The notes under the pieces: generated by a model
Databases searched by the model: none
What the model saw: only the letters and a program-made list of their open reading frames with translations
What the model was told of the DNA's origin: nothing
DNA from: Octopus bimaculoides
Taxonomy: Eukaryota
Length of the DNA: 64,000 nucleotides
Direction: 5' to 3'
Assembly: GCF_001194135.2 (NCBI RefSeq)
Contig: NC_068986.1
Span: 76,307,602-76,371,601 of the forward strand
Translations under genes and position numbers: made by a program
Part shown: positions 37,111 through 48,859 of the stretch, piece after piece
Layout of the letters: every line of letters begins with the position of its first letter
Position numbering within the stretch: position 1 is the stretch's first letter

Positions 37111-37287
37111 ATCATCATCATCATCATCATCGTTTAACGTCCGCTTTCCATGCTAGCATGGGTTGGACGATTTGACTGAGGACTGGTGAAACCAGATGGC
37201 AACACCAGGCTCCAATCTGATTTGGCAGAGTTTCTACAGCTGGATGCCCTTCCTAACGCCAACCACTCCGAGAGTGTAGTGGGTGCT
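37111..37287 (-). mobile_element. RTE 3' tail copy
   Basis: (CAT)n-CGTTTAACGTCCGCTTTCCATGCTAGCATGGG..., near-identical to 22462-22640. Confidence 0.8.
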
Positions 37288-38070
37288 AGTCTAGTTTTAT
37301 ATTTTTCAATATTTCTTTTTTCTCTCAATTTTTTTAATGTGTTTCTTGCTGTTTGAAATAACACAATTCCTATTTCTCTCATCAAAGTTTCTAGACCTTC
37401 ACAGTCTCATTTTCATCTTCACTGATGAGATATTGCCAGCATGTTTTGTTGTCACTTCACAATAGGCAAAGTCAATAATATTCCAGTAATAATATTAAAT
37501 ATCTACCAAAACATAGAATTGGTATTTTCTGCAAGTCCCACTGCTTCAATAAATTTGACATATCTCAACAAGAATAGTTTCAAATATGACATTCCTCAAC
37601 AAAAGATAGATTTAGATTAGTATATTAAAATGTTTTGCACAATTAGGGGTAATGAAATTTTGAGTGGATACATCTCCAGCTGAGAATCCCTAATCTTGCG
37701 GGTTTGTAAGTGCTGGTGCCACCTAAAAATGTATTCGTGCCCGTGCTGCATAAAAGCACCCAATACACTATGTAAAGTGGTTGACATTAGGAAGGGTATC
37801 CAGCTGTAGAAACCATGCCAAAACAGACATTGAGCCTGAGCAGCCCATCAGCTGGTCAGCTCCCATCCAACCCATGTCAGCATGGAAAATGTATGTTAAA
37901 TGATGATGAGTGAAAAGGGTTTCTTTTGAAAATCGTATTATTCTTCTCTTTCAGATTAGTTATGAGCAAATAGAGGTGCTTGTTAAATCATATGTATAAG
38001 AAAAATGTATAGCTTAATAAATGTTATGAGAGCCAACTGAAATTGCTTGATATCCTGCATTTAAATACAA

Positions 38071-38520
38071 TCATCATCATCATCATCATCATTGTTTAAC
38101 GTCCGCTTTCCATGCTGGCATGGGTTGGACGGTTTGACTGAGGACTGGTAAGCCAGAAGGCTGCACCAGGCCCCAATCTGATCTGGCAAGGTTTCTACAA
38201 CTGGATGCCCTTCCTAATACCAACCACTCCGAGAGTGTAGTGGGTGCTTTTTGCATGTCACGTGGCACAGGGGCCAGTCAGGCGGCACCGGCATCGACCA
38301 CACTGGAATGGTGCTTTTTATGTGCCACCGGCATGAGAGCCTGTCAGGCGGCACTGGCCACACATGAGTGGTCCTTTTCACATGTCACTGGCACAGGAGC
38401 CAGTCCAGTAGCACTGGCAGGGACCATGCTCAAATGGTGCTTTTTACATATTGTCAGCACGGGTGCCAGTCAGGTGGTACTAGCATTGGCCATGATAACG
38501 ATTTCACTTGACTCCAACAG
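38071..38520 (-). mobile_element. RTE 3'UTR copy with several tandem ~58-nt modules
   Basis: Tail plus repeated GGTGCTTTTTA(C/T)ATGTGCCAC...GCCAGT units. Confidence 0.75.
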
Positions 38521-39191
38521 TTAATAAAGGAAAACCAAAGATTTTGTAATTTCATGCCATTCTGATGTCAATATAAATATTTAATTATGTAGCTATCAAC
38601 TGGATTTGAACCCAGCATCTTTACTTAAGTTCTAAAGCCTAAATAAAGAATTTTAGAGAACACATGCAAAAGGCAAAAACTAAAATATCTCTTGTATATG
38701 AGACTAATTCAGCTGAGACGAGACAAGCAAATTATTTGAGTAAAGTATTTCATCCTGGTCGGAGAGAGAGAAAGTTTTTAAAAGTTTATGGCAGTACTGG
38801 GAAATGAATGAAACACGTTTTTTTGCTACAAGTCAGCTCTGATTGAACAGACCTATTGTCAAAATGTACTCCAACCATGGCCATCCTTCTTTAAGATGTT
38901 TAGAAGTACATTATCTAATATATCCTGTCTATTCTTGTGATGATAGGTTGTGATTTGAGAGGGATTTGGCTGCTATTTCTAGCTGGATGAGTCGAGCAAT
39001 CGCATAAAGGCTCCTTCGTGTTCAGCATTAAAGTGAAGTGTAGTGGGAAGACAGTTGGAAATTATATAGTGATTAAAAAAAACAGCTACAGACAAGGGAG
39101 ATGCTGAAAGGTTGCAATGGATTGAAGAGTGATGTGAGCATATAGACATGCATATATATGTGTGTATATATGTGTATGTATATATATCTTA

Positions 39192-39595
39192 CTCTCTTTT
39201 ACTCTTTTACTTGTTTCAGTCATTTGACTGCGGCCATGCTGGAGCACCGCCTTTAGTCGATCAAATCGACCCCAGGACTTATTCTTTGTAAGCCTAGTAC
39301 TTATTTTATCGGTCTCTTGCCGAACCGCTAAGTTACGGGGATGTAAACACACCACCATCAGTTGACAAGCGATGTTGGGGGGACAAACACAGACACACAA
39401 ACACATACACACGTATGCATATATATATATATACACATATATATGACAGGCTTCTTTCAGTTTCTGTCTACCAAATTCACTCACAAGGCTTTGGTCGGCC
39501 CGAGGCTTTAGTAGAAGACACTTACCCAAGGTGCCACGCAGTGGGAATGAACCCAGAACCATGTGGTTGGTAAGCAAGCTACTTACCACATAGCT
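39192..39595 (-). mobile_element. SINE family B, full length
   Basis: Same head and tail as the 33668 copy. Confidence 0.85.
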
Positions 39596-39612
39596 GTGTA
39601 TATATATGTATG

Positions 39613-40130
39613 CCAGTGCCCCTGGATTGGCTCTTGTGCGGGTGGCACATAAAATACACCATTTTGAGCACGGCCATTGCCAGTACCGCCTGACTGGCCT
39701 TTGTAGGATTTTCGAGTGAGATCGTTGCTAGTACCCCTGGACTGGCTCTTGTGCAGGTGGCACATAAAATACCCCATTTTGAGCGTGGCCGTTGCCAGTA
39801 CTGCGTGACTGGCCGTCGTAGAATTTTCAAACGAGATCATTGCCAGTGCCCCTGGACTGGCTCTTGTGCGGGTGGCACATAAAATACACCATTTTGAGCG
39901 TGGCCGTTGCCAGTACCGCCTGACTGGCCTTCGTGCGGGTGACACGTAAAAGCACCCACTACACTCTCTGAGTGGTTGGTGTTAGGAAGGGCATCCAGCT
40001 GTAGAAAATCTGCCAAATCAGATTGGAGCCTGGTGTAACCATCTGGTTTCACCAGTCCTCAGTCAAATCGTCCAACCCATTCTAGCATGGAAAGCAGACG
40101 TTAAACGATGATGATGATGATGATGATGAT
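39613..40130 (+). mobile_element. RTE 3'UTR copy with about 6 tandem modules (three ~115-nt dimers) and a (GAT)n tail
   Basis: GCCAGTGCCCCTGGA(C/T)TGGCTCTTGTGC(G/A)GGTGGCACATAAAATAC recurs at ~39613, ~39727 and ~39842. Confidence 0.8.
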
Positions 40131-40577
40131 ATGTCTACCCATGTGGAATAAAATAACTTTATTTTCTATATATATATGTGTGTGTTTGTGTGTGTCTGCA
40201 TGTGCACTCAGTAGCAGCTGTTGTCATTGATGGTGTCGAATAAAAATTTACAAAAATGAAATAAGGTAAAAAAAACAAACAAACAAAAGCAAAATGATTG
40301 ATTGAAAAAAATGAAACTATTTAAAAGGTAACGTCAAGGGCATGTTCAACATCTGATACTAAGCTAATATAGCTGCTGTTGCTGCTTCTATTATTATAGT
40401 TATAATATATTAAAAAAAAGGCAAGGACAGCAGGTGTTCTTACAGAATATCTATATATATTTATATGAATTAAATATAAAGGGAATTTAATTGTTACACA
40501 GAAAAGGTTTTAACATTGGTAAACTTCAGTGTACATAATAATGGTGACAGTTTTTTCCAACATTGTTACTCTGTTTG

Positions 40578-40962
40578 CGTGGAGGCGCAATGGCCCAGTG
40601 GTTAGGGCAGCGGACTCGCGATCATAGGATCGCGGATTTGATTCCCAGACCGGGCGTTGTGAGTGTTTATTGAGCGAAAACACCTAAAGTTCCATGAGGC
40701 TCTGGCAGGGGATGGTGGTGAACCCTGCTGTACTCTTTCACCACAACTTTCTCTCACTCTTACTTCCTGTTTCTGTTGTGCCTGTAATTCAAAGAGTCAG
40801 CCTTGTCACACTGTGTCACGCTGAATATCCCTGAGAACTACGTTAAGGGTACACGTGTCTGTGGAGTGCTCAGCCACTTGCACGTTAATTTCACGAGCAG
40901 GCTGTTCCGTTGATCGGATCAACTGGAACCCTCGATGTCGTAAGCGACGGAGTGCCAACAAC
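40578..40962 (+). mobile_element. Young tRNA-derived SINE family A, full length
   Basis: GGAGGCGCAATGGCCCAGTGGTTAGGGCAGCGGACTCGCG...GATTCCC (A/B boxes) through GGAGTGCCAACAAC. Confidence 0.88.
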
Positions 40963-41815
40963 TCTGCACTACCCTGTGTAGGTCCTTGTCATTATATCTG
41001 TGGTATTTTAAATAGTATAGTTCTTGGTAGCTGCATTTATCCTTATCCTTCTCATCATCATCATTTAATGTCGGATGGAGTCGGATGGTTTGACAAGATC
41101 CAAGGAGCTGCACAGCTCTGTGGTATGGTTTCTGTAGCTAGATTCTCTTCCTAACACCAGCCACTTTACAGTGTTTAATGGGTACTTTTTTCTTTTTTTC
41201 TTTTATTTTCATGACACTAGCGCTAGTGAGTTTGCCAAGTAACTTGCAAGATGAAGTAAAGAAAGAAAAAGTAGTCTCCTCGACTAAGTGAGAGAGTATT
41301 TGTGAGAGCAGGAGGTGTCTTTATACCAGATGTTGAAGGCTGATTATCTATTTATCCTGTATGAGTGAATAGCAGATCAGAGTAATTTTCAAGGTCAAGG
41401 TCAAACAAATACATGCAACCACACACACACATACACACACACAAACAAGCATGCAATATTATCTTAGCTATATATGTACATGTTGTGAAGGCACATGGCT
41501 CAGTGGTTAGAGCGTCGGGCTCACAATCATGAGGTAGTGTGTTCAATTCTTGGACTGGGTTGTGTGTTGTGTTCTTGAACAAGAAACTTTATTTCATGTT
41601 GCTCCAGTTCAGTCAGCTGTAAAAATGAGTTGCGATGTCACTGATGCCAAGCTGTATCGGTCTTTCGCATTTCCCTTGGATAACATCAGTGGGGTGGAGA
41701 GGGGGGGAGGCTGGTATGCATGGGCAATTGCTGGTCTTCCATAAAACAACCCCATGATCATTTCTGACTAAAAGGGGTCTTTACCCTTTTTACCCTATAT
41801 GTACATATAGACACT

Positions 41816-42197
41816 GGCATGGCTGTGTGGTACGGAGTTCTCCTCCCAACCACATGGTTTTAGGTTCAGTCCTACTGTGTGGCACCTTGAGCAAGTATTT
41901 TTTCCTATAGCCTCAAGCCGACCAAAACCTTGTAAGTAGATCTGGTTAACATAAACTAAAAGTAGCTCATATATATAACGTGTGAGTGAGTGTGTGTATG
42001 TATGTGTGTGTGTGTGTCTCCCACCACTGCTTGACAACTGGTGTTGGTGTGTTTACACCCCTGTAACTTATCAGTTCAGCAAAAAGCATCTGATAGAATA
42101 AGTCCTGGGGGTGATTTGCTTGACTAAAATTCTTCAAGGTGGTGCTCCAGCATGGCTGCAGTCTAATGACTGAAACAAGTAAAAGAATAAAAGAATA
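41816..42197 (+). mobile_element. SINE family B
   Basis: Head and tail as in the other family B copies, on the plus strand. Confidence 0.8.
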
Positions 42198-42895
42198 CTC
42201 ACACAGACATTAAAACAACAAAGTAGGGAGAAAAGGTTGGGTGAAAAAGGACAATGTATTGTCATAAGGCGTAAGAACATGTTTCAGTATCTGTACACAC
42301 ATCAATATGAATGTCCATAAATGTGAGACAGTGAGTGGAAGGAAAGAGGAAAACATACTAGGAAAAAAGAAAACTGTTAATTTAAGTCTTTTGATGAAGT
42401 CATGCTAAATATAAAGAACAGATATTGCAATGTTTTTATCAGTCCGAATATGCTTGATGCACGTTCGAACTGGGGAACAAGCTACTCATGGAGAATATAT
42501 CTCTCATCAGTCACTGACACTAAGCAGACGACATAGATACTTATATTTGCAGTTCTGTGAAAATCTGTGAGATTTTGTAACTTTGTACGTTAAGAAATGA
42601 CTGACCAGTGGTGGAAGTCATCTTACCACCATCGTCATCATCAGCATTTAACATCTATTTTCTATGCTGGCATAGGTTAGATGGCTTGACAGGAACTTGC
42701 AAGGCCAGGGGCCACACCAGGGTTCTATAGTCTTCTTTAGCTTGGTTTCTATGGCTGGATGTCCTTCCTAATGACAACCACTCTACAGAGTGTACTGGGT
42801 TCTTTTTAACATGGCACCATCACCAGTGCTTTCTCTTTCTATGTGACCCCAGCATGGTTTGTGGATTTGCAATTACTTTGAGTGTTATCTTAGAT

Positions 42896-43225
42896 CAGTG
42901 GTTCTCAACTGGGGTTCATGTGAACCATGAGGCTCCATATAAGACTTTTGGTGCTCCACGTAACAAAATAGTAAATTGGAGATCCACAATAGAGCCCTTT
43001 AAAAGATTTTGCTTTAGTTGTATGTATTTCAAGAAACAGCTAGGTTTCTTTCTCTAACATTTTACATAGTTCAACCTACACAAGTTAATGTGCGAAAAAC
43101 AAAATAGGAGTTTTGAAAGACGTTTCTAGAAAGCTAGTTTTTAAGCATTGAATCGCTATGGGGGTCCACCAGAATAAAATAGTAATCAAAGGGGTCCAAA
43201 GAGAAAAAATGGTTGAGAATTCAAT
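42896..43225. mobile_element. hAT/Charlie-type MITE remnant ending ~65 bp before exon 7
   Basis: 5' end CAGTGGTTCTCAAC and degraded 3' end GTTGAGAA. Confidence 0.55.
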
Positions 43226-43291
43226 TTCCAAATAATATTTTTTTTTTAAATTTAACTATAAAATGCTTATCATTTATTATTTTTTTTCCAG

Positions 43292-43370
43292 AAACGGAAG
43301 TTAGATTCTGTTTATTACTATATGCGTAGCCTTGCTGCCAGTAATCCCTTTATGACAGCACGGGAGAGTT
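43292..43370 (+). CDS. SMG6: SMG6 exon 7, 3' end lost in the N gap 43371-43647 (KRKLDSVYYYMRSLAASNPFMTARES...)
   Basis: Acceptor ttccag| in phase 0. Near-identical to human RRKLDAVYYYMRSLAASNPILTAKES. No donor is visible before the gap. Confidence 0.93.
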
Positions 43371-43647
43371 NNNNNNNNNNNNNNNNNNNNNNNNNNNNNN
43401 NNNNNNNNNNNNNNNNNNNNNNNNNNNNNNNNNNNNNNNNNNNNNNNNNNNNNNNNNNNNNNNNNNNNNNNNNNNNNNNNNNNNNNNNNNNNNNNNNNNN
43501 NNNNNNNNNNNNNNNNNNNNNNNNNNNNNNNNNNNNNNNNNNNNNNNNNNNNNNNNNNNNNNNNNNNNNNNNNNNNNNNNNNNNNNNNNNNNNNNNNNNN
43601 NNNNNNNNNNNNNNNNNNNNNNNNNNNNNNNNNNNNNNNNNNNNNNN

Positions 43648-43936
43648 GAAATGCTTAGCGGTATTTCTTCTGCTGTTACGTTCTGAGTTCAAATTCCGCC
43701 GAGGTCAACTTTGCCTTTCATCCTTTCGGGGTCGATAAATTAAGTACCAGTTACGCACTGGGGTCGATATAATCGACTTAATCCGTTTGTCTGTCCTTGT
43801 TTGTCCCCTCTGTGTGTGGCCCCTTGTGGGCAGTAAAGAAATAGGCTTACAAAGAATAAGTCCTGGGGTCGATTTACTCAACTAAAGGCAGTGCTCCAGC
43901 ATGGCCACAGTCAAATGACTGAAACAAGTAAAAGAG
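43648..43936 (+). mobile_element. SINE family C (starts at the gap edge) directly fused to the 3' tail of a family B SINE
   Basis: GAAATGCTTAGCGG...GAGTTCAAATTCCGCCGAGGTC...GTAAAGAAATAGG, then CTTACAAAGAATAAGTCCTGGGG...GAAACAAGTAAAAGAG. The junction is at a shared AGG. Confidence 0.75.
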
Positions 43937-45051
43937 TTTATGTAGACGTGGCCACGTGATTTAGAAGCTTGCTTTGCAGTCATGGTTTTTGAGTTCAGTT
44001 CCACTGCGTAGCACCTTCTACTGTTGCCCTGGGTTGACCAATGTCTTCTGAGTGAATTCAGAAGACAAAAACTTTGTAGAAGCTCATTGTGTGTGTTTTT
44101 CTATCTGTGTGCGTCTGTGCTTGTCATCTCCCTCCACTGCTTAACAACTGGTGTTGGTTTGTTTATGTCCCTGTAACTTAGCTGTTGAGCAAAAGACAGT
44201 GATGGAATAAGTACCAGGCTTTACAAAAAAAAAAAAAGCATAAGTGCTTGGGTCAATTTGTTCAACTAAAACCCTTCAAGATAATGCCCCAGCATGGTCG
44301 TAATCCAGTGACTGAAACAAATAAAAGATAAAAGCTTATATTATTTTGGACAAGGAGCCCTATATAGACAAGAAAGTAACTGAATGATAAATTGTCATTG
44401 AGACCCATTTTCAACATTAGTTGAATATAACATTAGTTTTACTTGTCAAGTTTATATAACTTCTGATGTTTTCACTAAAGTATTTACTTACTGACAAAGG
44501 TGTCAAAGTATCTAATTAAAGCTAATTAAGATGTTAATCCAATAAGTGTGGGATGACTTTTTCCATTTGTTTGATCTTTATTTATTAAGTAAATAATAAT
44601 AATCATCATCATCATCATCATTTAACATCTGCTTTCCATGCTGGCATGGGTTGGACAGTTTGACTGAGGACTGGCAAGCCAGGAGGCTGCACCAGGCTCC
44701 AATCTGATCTGGTAAGGTTTCTACAACTGGATGCCCTTCTTAACGCCAGCCACCCCAAGAGTGTTGTGGGTGCTTTTTGCATGCCACCAGTACAGGAGCC
44801 AATCAGGCGGCACTGGCATCAACCACTTTCTAATGGTGCTTTTTACATTCCACTGGCACAGGTGCCAGTCAGCTGGCACTGGCATCTGTCACGCCTGAAT
44901 GGTGCTTTTTATGTGCCACCGGCACAGGAGCCTGTCAAGCAGCACTGGCGTAATGTAAATAATGTAAAGAGAAAATATATATAACCATTAAAAACTTTAG
45001 ATCTAGGATTGTATGTTTAACTTTAATTTGAGAAGTGTGGTATGTGTATGT

Positions 45052-45227
45052 TTAACCCTTTAGCATTCTGATTACCCTGTCAAATGTAATGCTTCTTTAT
45101 TCACATTGTTTTGAATTAATAAATGCATTCTCTTGTAGCTTTAAGATCTCAATAATGGGATTGTTTATTTTCACAATTATATTGTAGTATTGGTGTGCTG
45201 TGGCCAGTTTGAATGCTAAAGGGTTAA
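45052..45227. mobile_element. piggyBac-like MITE
   Basis: TTAA-CCCTTTAGCATTC...GAATGCTAAAGGG-TTAA: clean TIR with TTAA target site. Confidence 0.75.
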
Positions 45228-45401
45228 AATGTTGGACTTGAAATTGAAGCCTACCAAAAACATTGTGTTGTTTAGATATATTATCATGTGATCTAGATGA
45301 ATAGTTTCATTCTTGCAAATTTGAGATACAGGCTAAAAGTATTTCAATGTCCTTTTTTCTCTGTTGTTGTCATCTTTGTAAATTGCAGACTGATATTTCA
45401 G

Positions 45402-45578
45402 GCTGAAGCTTCTGAGAAGAAACGAATGGCTGAGAGAGAGAAAATTGAAAAGTTGAAAAGTCAACAGCGGCAGCAGGGTCAGAGACGAGAAATTTGGGTT
45501 GCTCCCGATGGTACTAGTCATGAAGATAAACTGGAAGACTCATACGAGGAGGATCTATCCAAATTGCCACTGGATAAA
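45402..45578 (+). CDS. SMG6: SMG6 exon 8 (AEASEKKRMAERE...RREIWVAPDG...DLSKLPLDK)
   Basis: Acceptor tttcag| (a competing AG lies 13 nt upstream), donor AAA|GTTAGT in phase 0. REIWV.P matches human RLEIWIHP. Confidence 0.85.
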
Positions 45579-45594
45579 GTTAGTAATACAGAAA

Positions 45595-45628
<34 letters not shown>

Positions 45629-45632
45629 GAAA

Positions 45633-46075
45633 GTGGCGAGCTGGCAGAATCATTAGCATGCTGGGCAAAGTGCTTAGCAGCATTTTGTCTGTCCTTATGT
45701 TCTGAGTTCAAATTCCACTGAGGTTGACTTTGCCTTTCATCCTTTCAGGGTCGATAAATTAAGTACCAGTGAAACACTGGGGTTGATGTAATTGACTAAT
45801 CCCCTCTCCCAAAATTTCAGACTTTGTGCCTTTAGTAGAAAAGATTATTATTATTGTTGTCATTAAGGTGGCAGAATTGTTAACATGCTGGACAAAATGC
45901 TTAGTGGTATTTCACCCATTGCTACATTCTGAGTTCAAATTCTGCCAAGCTCGACTTTGCCTTTCATCCTTTTGGAGTTGATGAATTAAGTATCAGTGAA
46001 ACACTGGGGTTGATGTAATCGACTAGTCCCCTCCCCCAAAATTTCAGGCCTTGTGCCTAAAGTAAAAAGGATTAT
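45633..46075 (+). mobile_element. Two tandem family C SINEs (45633-45845 and 45866-46075) just after the exon 8 donor
   Basis: GGCGAGCTGGCAGAATC head, GAGTTCAAATTC B box and (ATT)n tails. Confidence 0.75.
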
Positions 46076-46563
46076 TATTATTGTTATTATTGCCATACGA
46101 AGAACTACCACATCTGATATATCTTTTATTTATGGTAGGATGAGATTTAGAAAAATTTGGCTGCCATTTCTAGCAATTGAAACAACTGCTTAGAGCAAGT
46201 ATGGTCAACTTTTTTAAGAAGTGAGCTGCATGTGATATGGCTCATCATCAGGCAGGCTGCGCACCTAAAATGATTCAAGATAACTTTTTGTTAGGCATGC
46301 CATTCAGAAAGTTTTCCTCACTTACTCATTTAAGAAGCCTTTTTCGTTTAAAAGCCTCTTTTGCTTTTATTTGAGAAAATAGCTAGTCTTAGTCTTTGCA
46401 GCCAACATTTTAAAAACTACAATAAGCATTAATTCTTATATCATGCTTTTTTTGATTTTTTTTTTTTTTTTTCATATGTTATTTATAAAATATCAATGTT
46501 TCTAAAGAAGTTGTAATAAAACAGGTTTTGTATTTGCCAATTTTTTTTTTGTTATCTGAAAAT

Positions 46564-46919
46564 GTTGTTGTTGTTGGCACTCCGTCGCTTATGACGTCAT
46601 GGGTTCCAGTTGATCCGATTAACGTGCAACTGGCTGAGCACTCCACAGACACGTGTACCCTTAACGTAGTTCTCGGGGATTTTCAGCGTGACAAGGCTGA
46701 CCCTTTGAATTACAGGCACAACAGAAACAGGAAGTAAGAGTGAGAGAAAGTTGTGGTGAAAGAGTACAGCAGGGTTCGCCACCATCCCCTGCTGGAGCTT
46801 CGTGGAGCTTTAGGTGTTTTCACTCAATAAACACACACAATGCCCGGTCTGGAAATCGAAACCGCGATCCTATGACCGTGAGTCCGCTGTCCTAACCACT
46901 GGGCCATTGCGCCTCCCAC
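46564..46919 (-). mobile_element. Young SINE family A with 11-bp TSD
   Basis: TSD TATCTGAAAAT at 46553-46563 and 46920-46930. Confidence 0.88.
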
Positions 46920-46940
46920 TATCTGAAAATAAGGCAGTAA

Positions 46941-47262
46941 TGAAGAAAAGCTTAGTGGTTAGTGTATTTGGCTCACCATTGTAGAGCTGTGAGTTCGATT
47001 CCCAGTGGTGCATTGTGTCCTCAAGCAGTATACTTTGTTTCATCTTGCTCTAATCCACTGAGTTGGCAAATATGAACTGTACCTGTAATTCAAAGGGCTA
47101 GCTGTGTCACATTTGGTGTGTCACACTGAATCTCCCCAAGAACTACATTAATGGTACATGTGTCTGTAGAGTGCTCAGCCACTTGCAAATTAATTCCATG
47201 AGCAGGCTGTTTAGTTGATCAAATTAACTGGAGTTCTTGTTGTAACCAATGGAGTGCCCCAA
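46941..47262 (+). mobile_element. Older SINE sharing the family A 3' half but with a different tRNA-like head
   Basis: Head AGTGGTTAG...GAGTTCGATTCCC. 3' half CTGTAATTCAAAGGG...GAGTGCTCAGCCACTTGCA...GGAGTGCC. Confidence 0.7.
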
Positions 47263-47329
47263 CCAGCTTGTACATTTATTTATATTCTTCATTGAGTAGT
47301 TAGGGTTCTGTCAATATAACTCAAGTAGC

Positions 47330-47713
47330 GTGTTGGCACTCCGTCGCTTACGACGTCGAGGGTTCCAGTTGATCCGATCAACGGAACAGCCTGCTCGTGA
47401 AATTAACGTGCAAGTGGCTGAGCACTCCACAGGCACGTGTACCCTTAAAGTAGTTCTTGGGGATATTCAGCGTGACACAGTCTGACAAGGCTGACCCTTT
47501 AAATTACAGGCACAACAGAAACAGGAAGTAAGAGTGAGAGAAAGTTGTGGTGGAAGAGTACAGCAGGGTTCGCCACCATCCCCTGCCGGAGCCTCCTGGA
47601 GCTTTAGGTGTTTTCGCTCAATAAACACTCACAACGCCCAGTCTGGGAATCGAAACCGCGATCCTATGACCGCGTGTCCGCTGCCCTAACCACTTGGCCA
47701 TTGCGCCTCCACC
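47330..47713 (-). mobile_element. Young SINE family A with 12-bp TSD (1 mismatch)
   Basis: AACTCAAGTAGC (47318-47329) and AACTCGAGTAGC (47714-47725). Confidence 0.88.
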
Positions 47714-47934
47714 AACTCGAGTAGCAGTCAAGAATCATTCTTCATTAGCTTTTTTCATTGCTAGTCATACTATACATTAAGGATCCTTGCCAAATACATT
47801 ACCTTGGTTATTTTATTAATTTGTAAAACATGTACTATAAAGCAGTATCTACAAAATTCATTCAGTTTGATACTAATTCACTGCAGTTAAATGTATGTAA
47901 ACAAATTACTCAATTTACTGTTTATTCTTTACAG

Positions 47935-47996
47935 CTAAATCGAAGATTTGTTCAAAGTTTTTTAAATGTACATGGTAAACTCTTTACTAAAATAGG
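47935..47996 (+). CDS. SMG6: SMG6 exon 9 (LNRRFVQSFLNVHGKLFTKIG)
   Basis: Acceptor ttacag|, donor GG|GTAAGT, phases 0/2. Matches human LNKRFILSFLHAHGKLFTRIG. Confidence 0.95.
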
Positions 47997-48571
47997 GTAA
48001 GTGAAATATCTACATTTTCATTTTAGAGACAAGATATTGCATAAGTGCTATTTAGCCTTGAATTTTCTTAACTCATTAACTTTCTTAAACATAATTAACC
48101 AGCAATTTAAATGAACTGATTTACTAACACACAATTTTAATTGAATTTTAAAAAGTATTTAAATGTTACTTATTGTTTAAAATGCTTATCCCTCACTGGG
48201 TTTAGCAGAATTAAATATTGTAGATGGTTTCTGCTCAGCTCATTAAAGATTAATCTTACATTCGCCATCTTGACTTGTCTTTAGTATTAGAATATTCTTA
48301 TTCTGGTTGGTGAAGGAGTAGAACTAGTCATTGCCAGTTGGAAATCCACAAATCTTTGATTTCAAATTTTTTGTTTAGATTATATATATACATAGATTCT
48401 GTCTTGCTATGTGCTTAAGGTATCGCATATGAATCAAACTTTTTCTATCGACACAGTAAGTAGAACTGAGACAAAGGCTAATCGATGAAATTATTTAAAT
48501 TTAGTAACATTTGTTGATGTCTCAGAATGAAAATTTTATGACAACTTTTTCTCTATTTTATATTCCTCATT

Positions 48572-48676
<105 letters not shown>

Positions 48677-48859
48677 TCATCATCATTTAATGTCCGTTGT
48701 CCATGCTGGCATGGGTTGGATGGTTTGACTGGGCTGGCATACTGGAAGGCTGCACCAGACTCCAATCTGATTTGACATGGTTTTCTACCGCCAGATGCCC
48801 TTCCTAATGCCAATCACTCCAAGAGTGTAATGGGTGCTTTTACATGCCAATTTGCTGAT

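Noticed and set aside
40578-40660. tRNA-like sequences with A/B boxes (also at 17124, 46564, 47330 and family B/C heads)
   Set aside because: They are SINE heads continuing into repeat bodies with TSDs, and I could not fold a complete cloverleaf.
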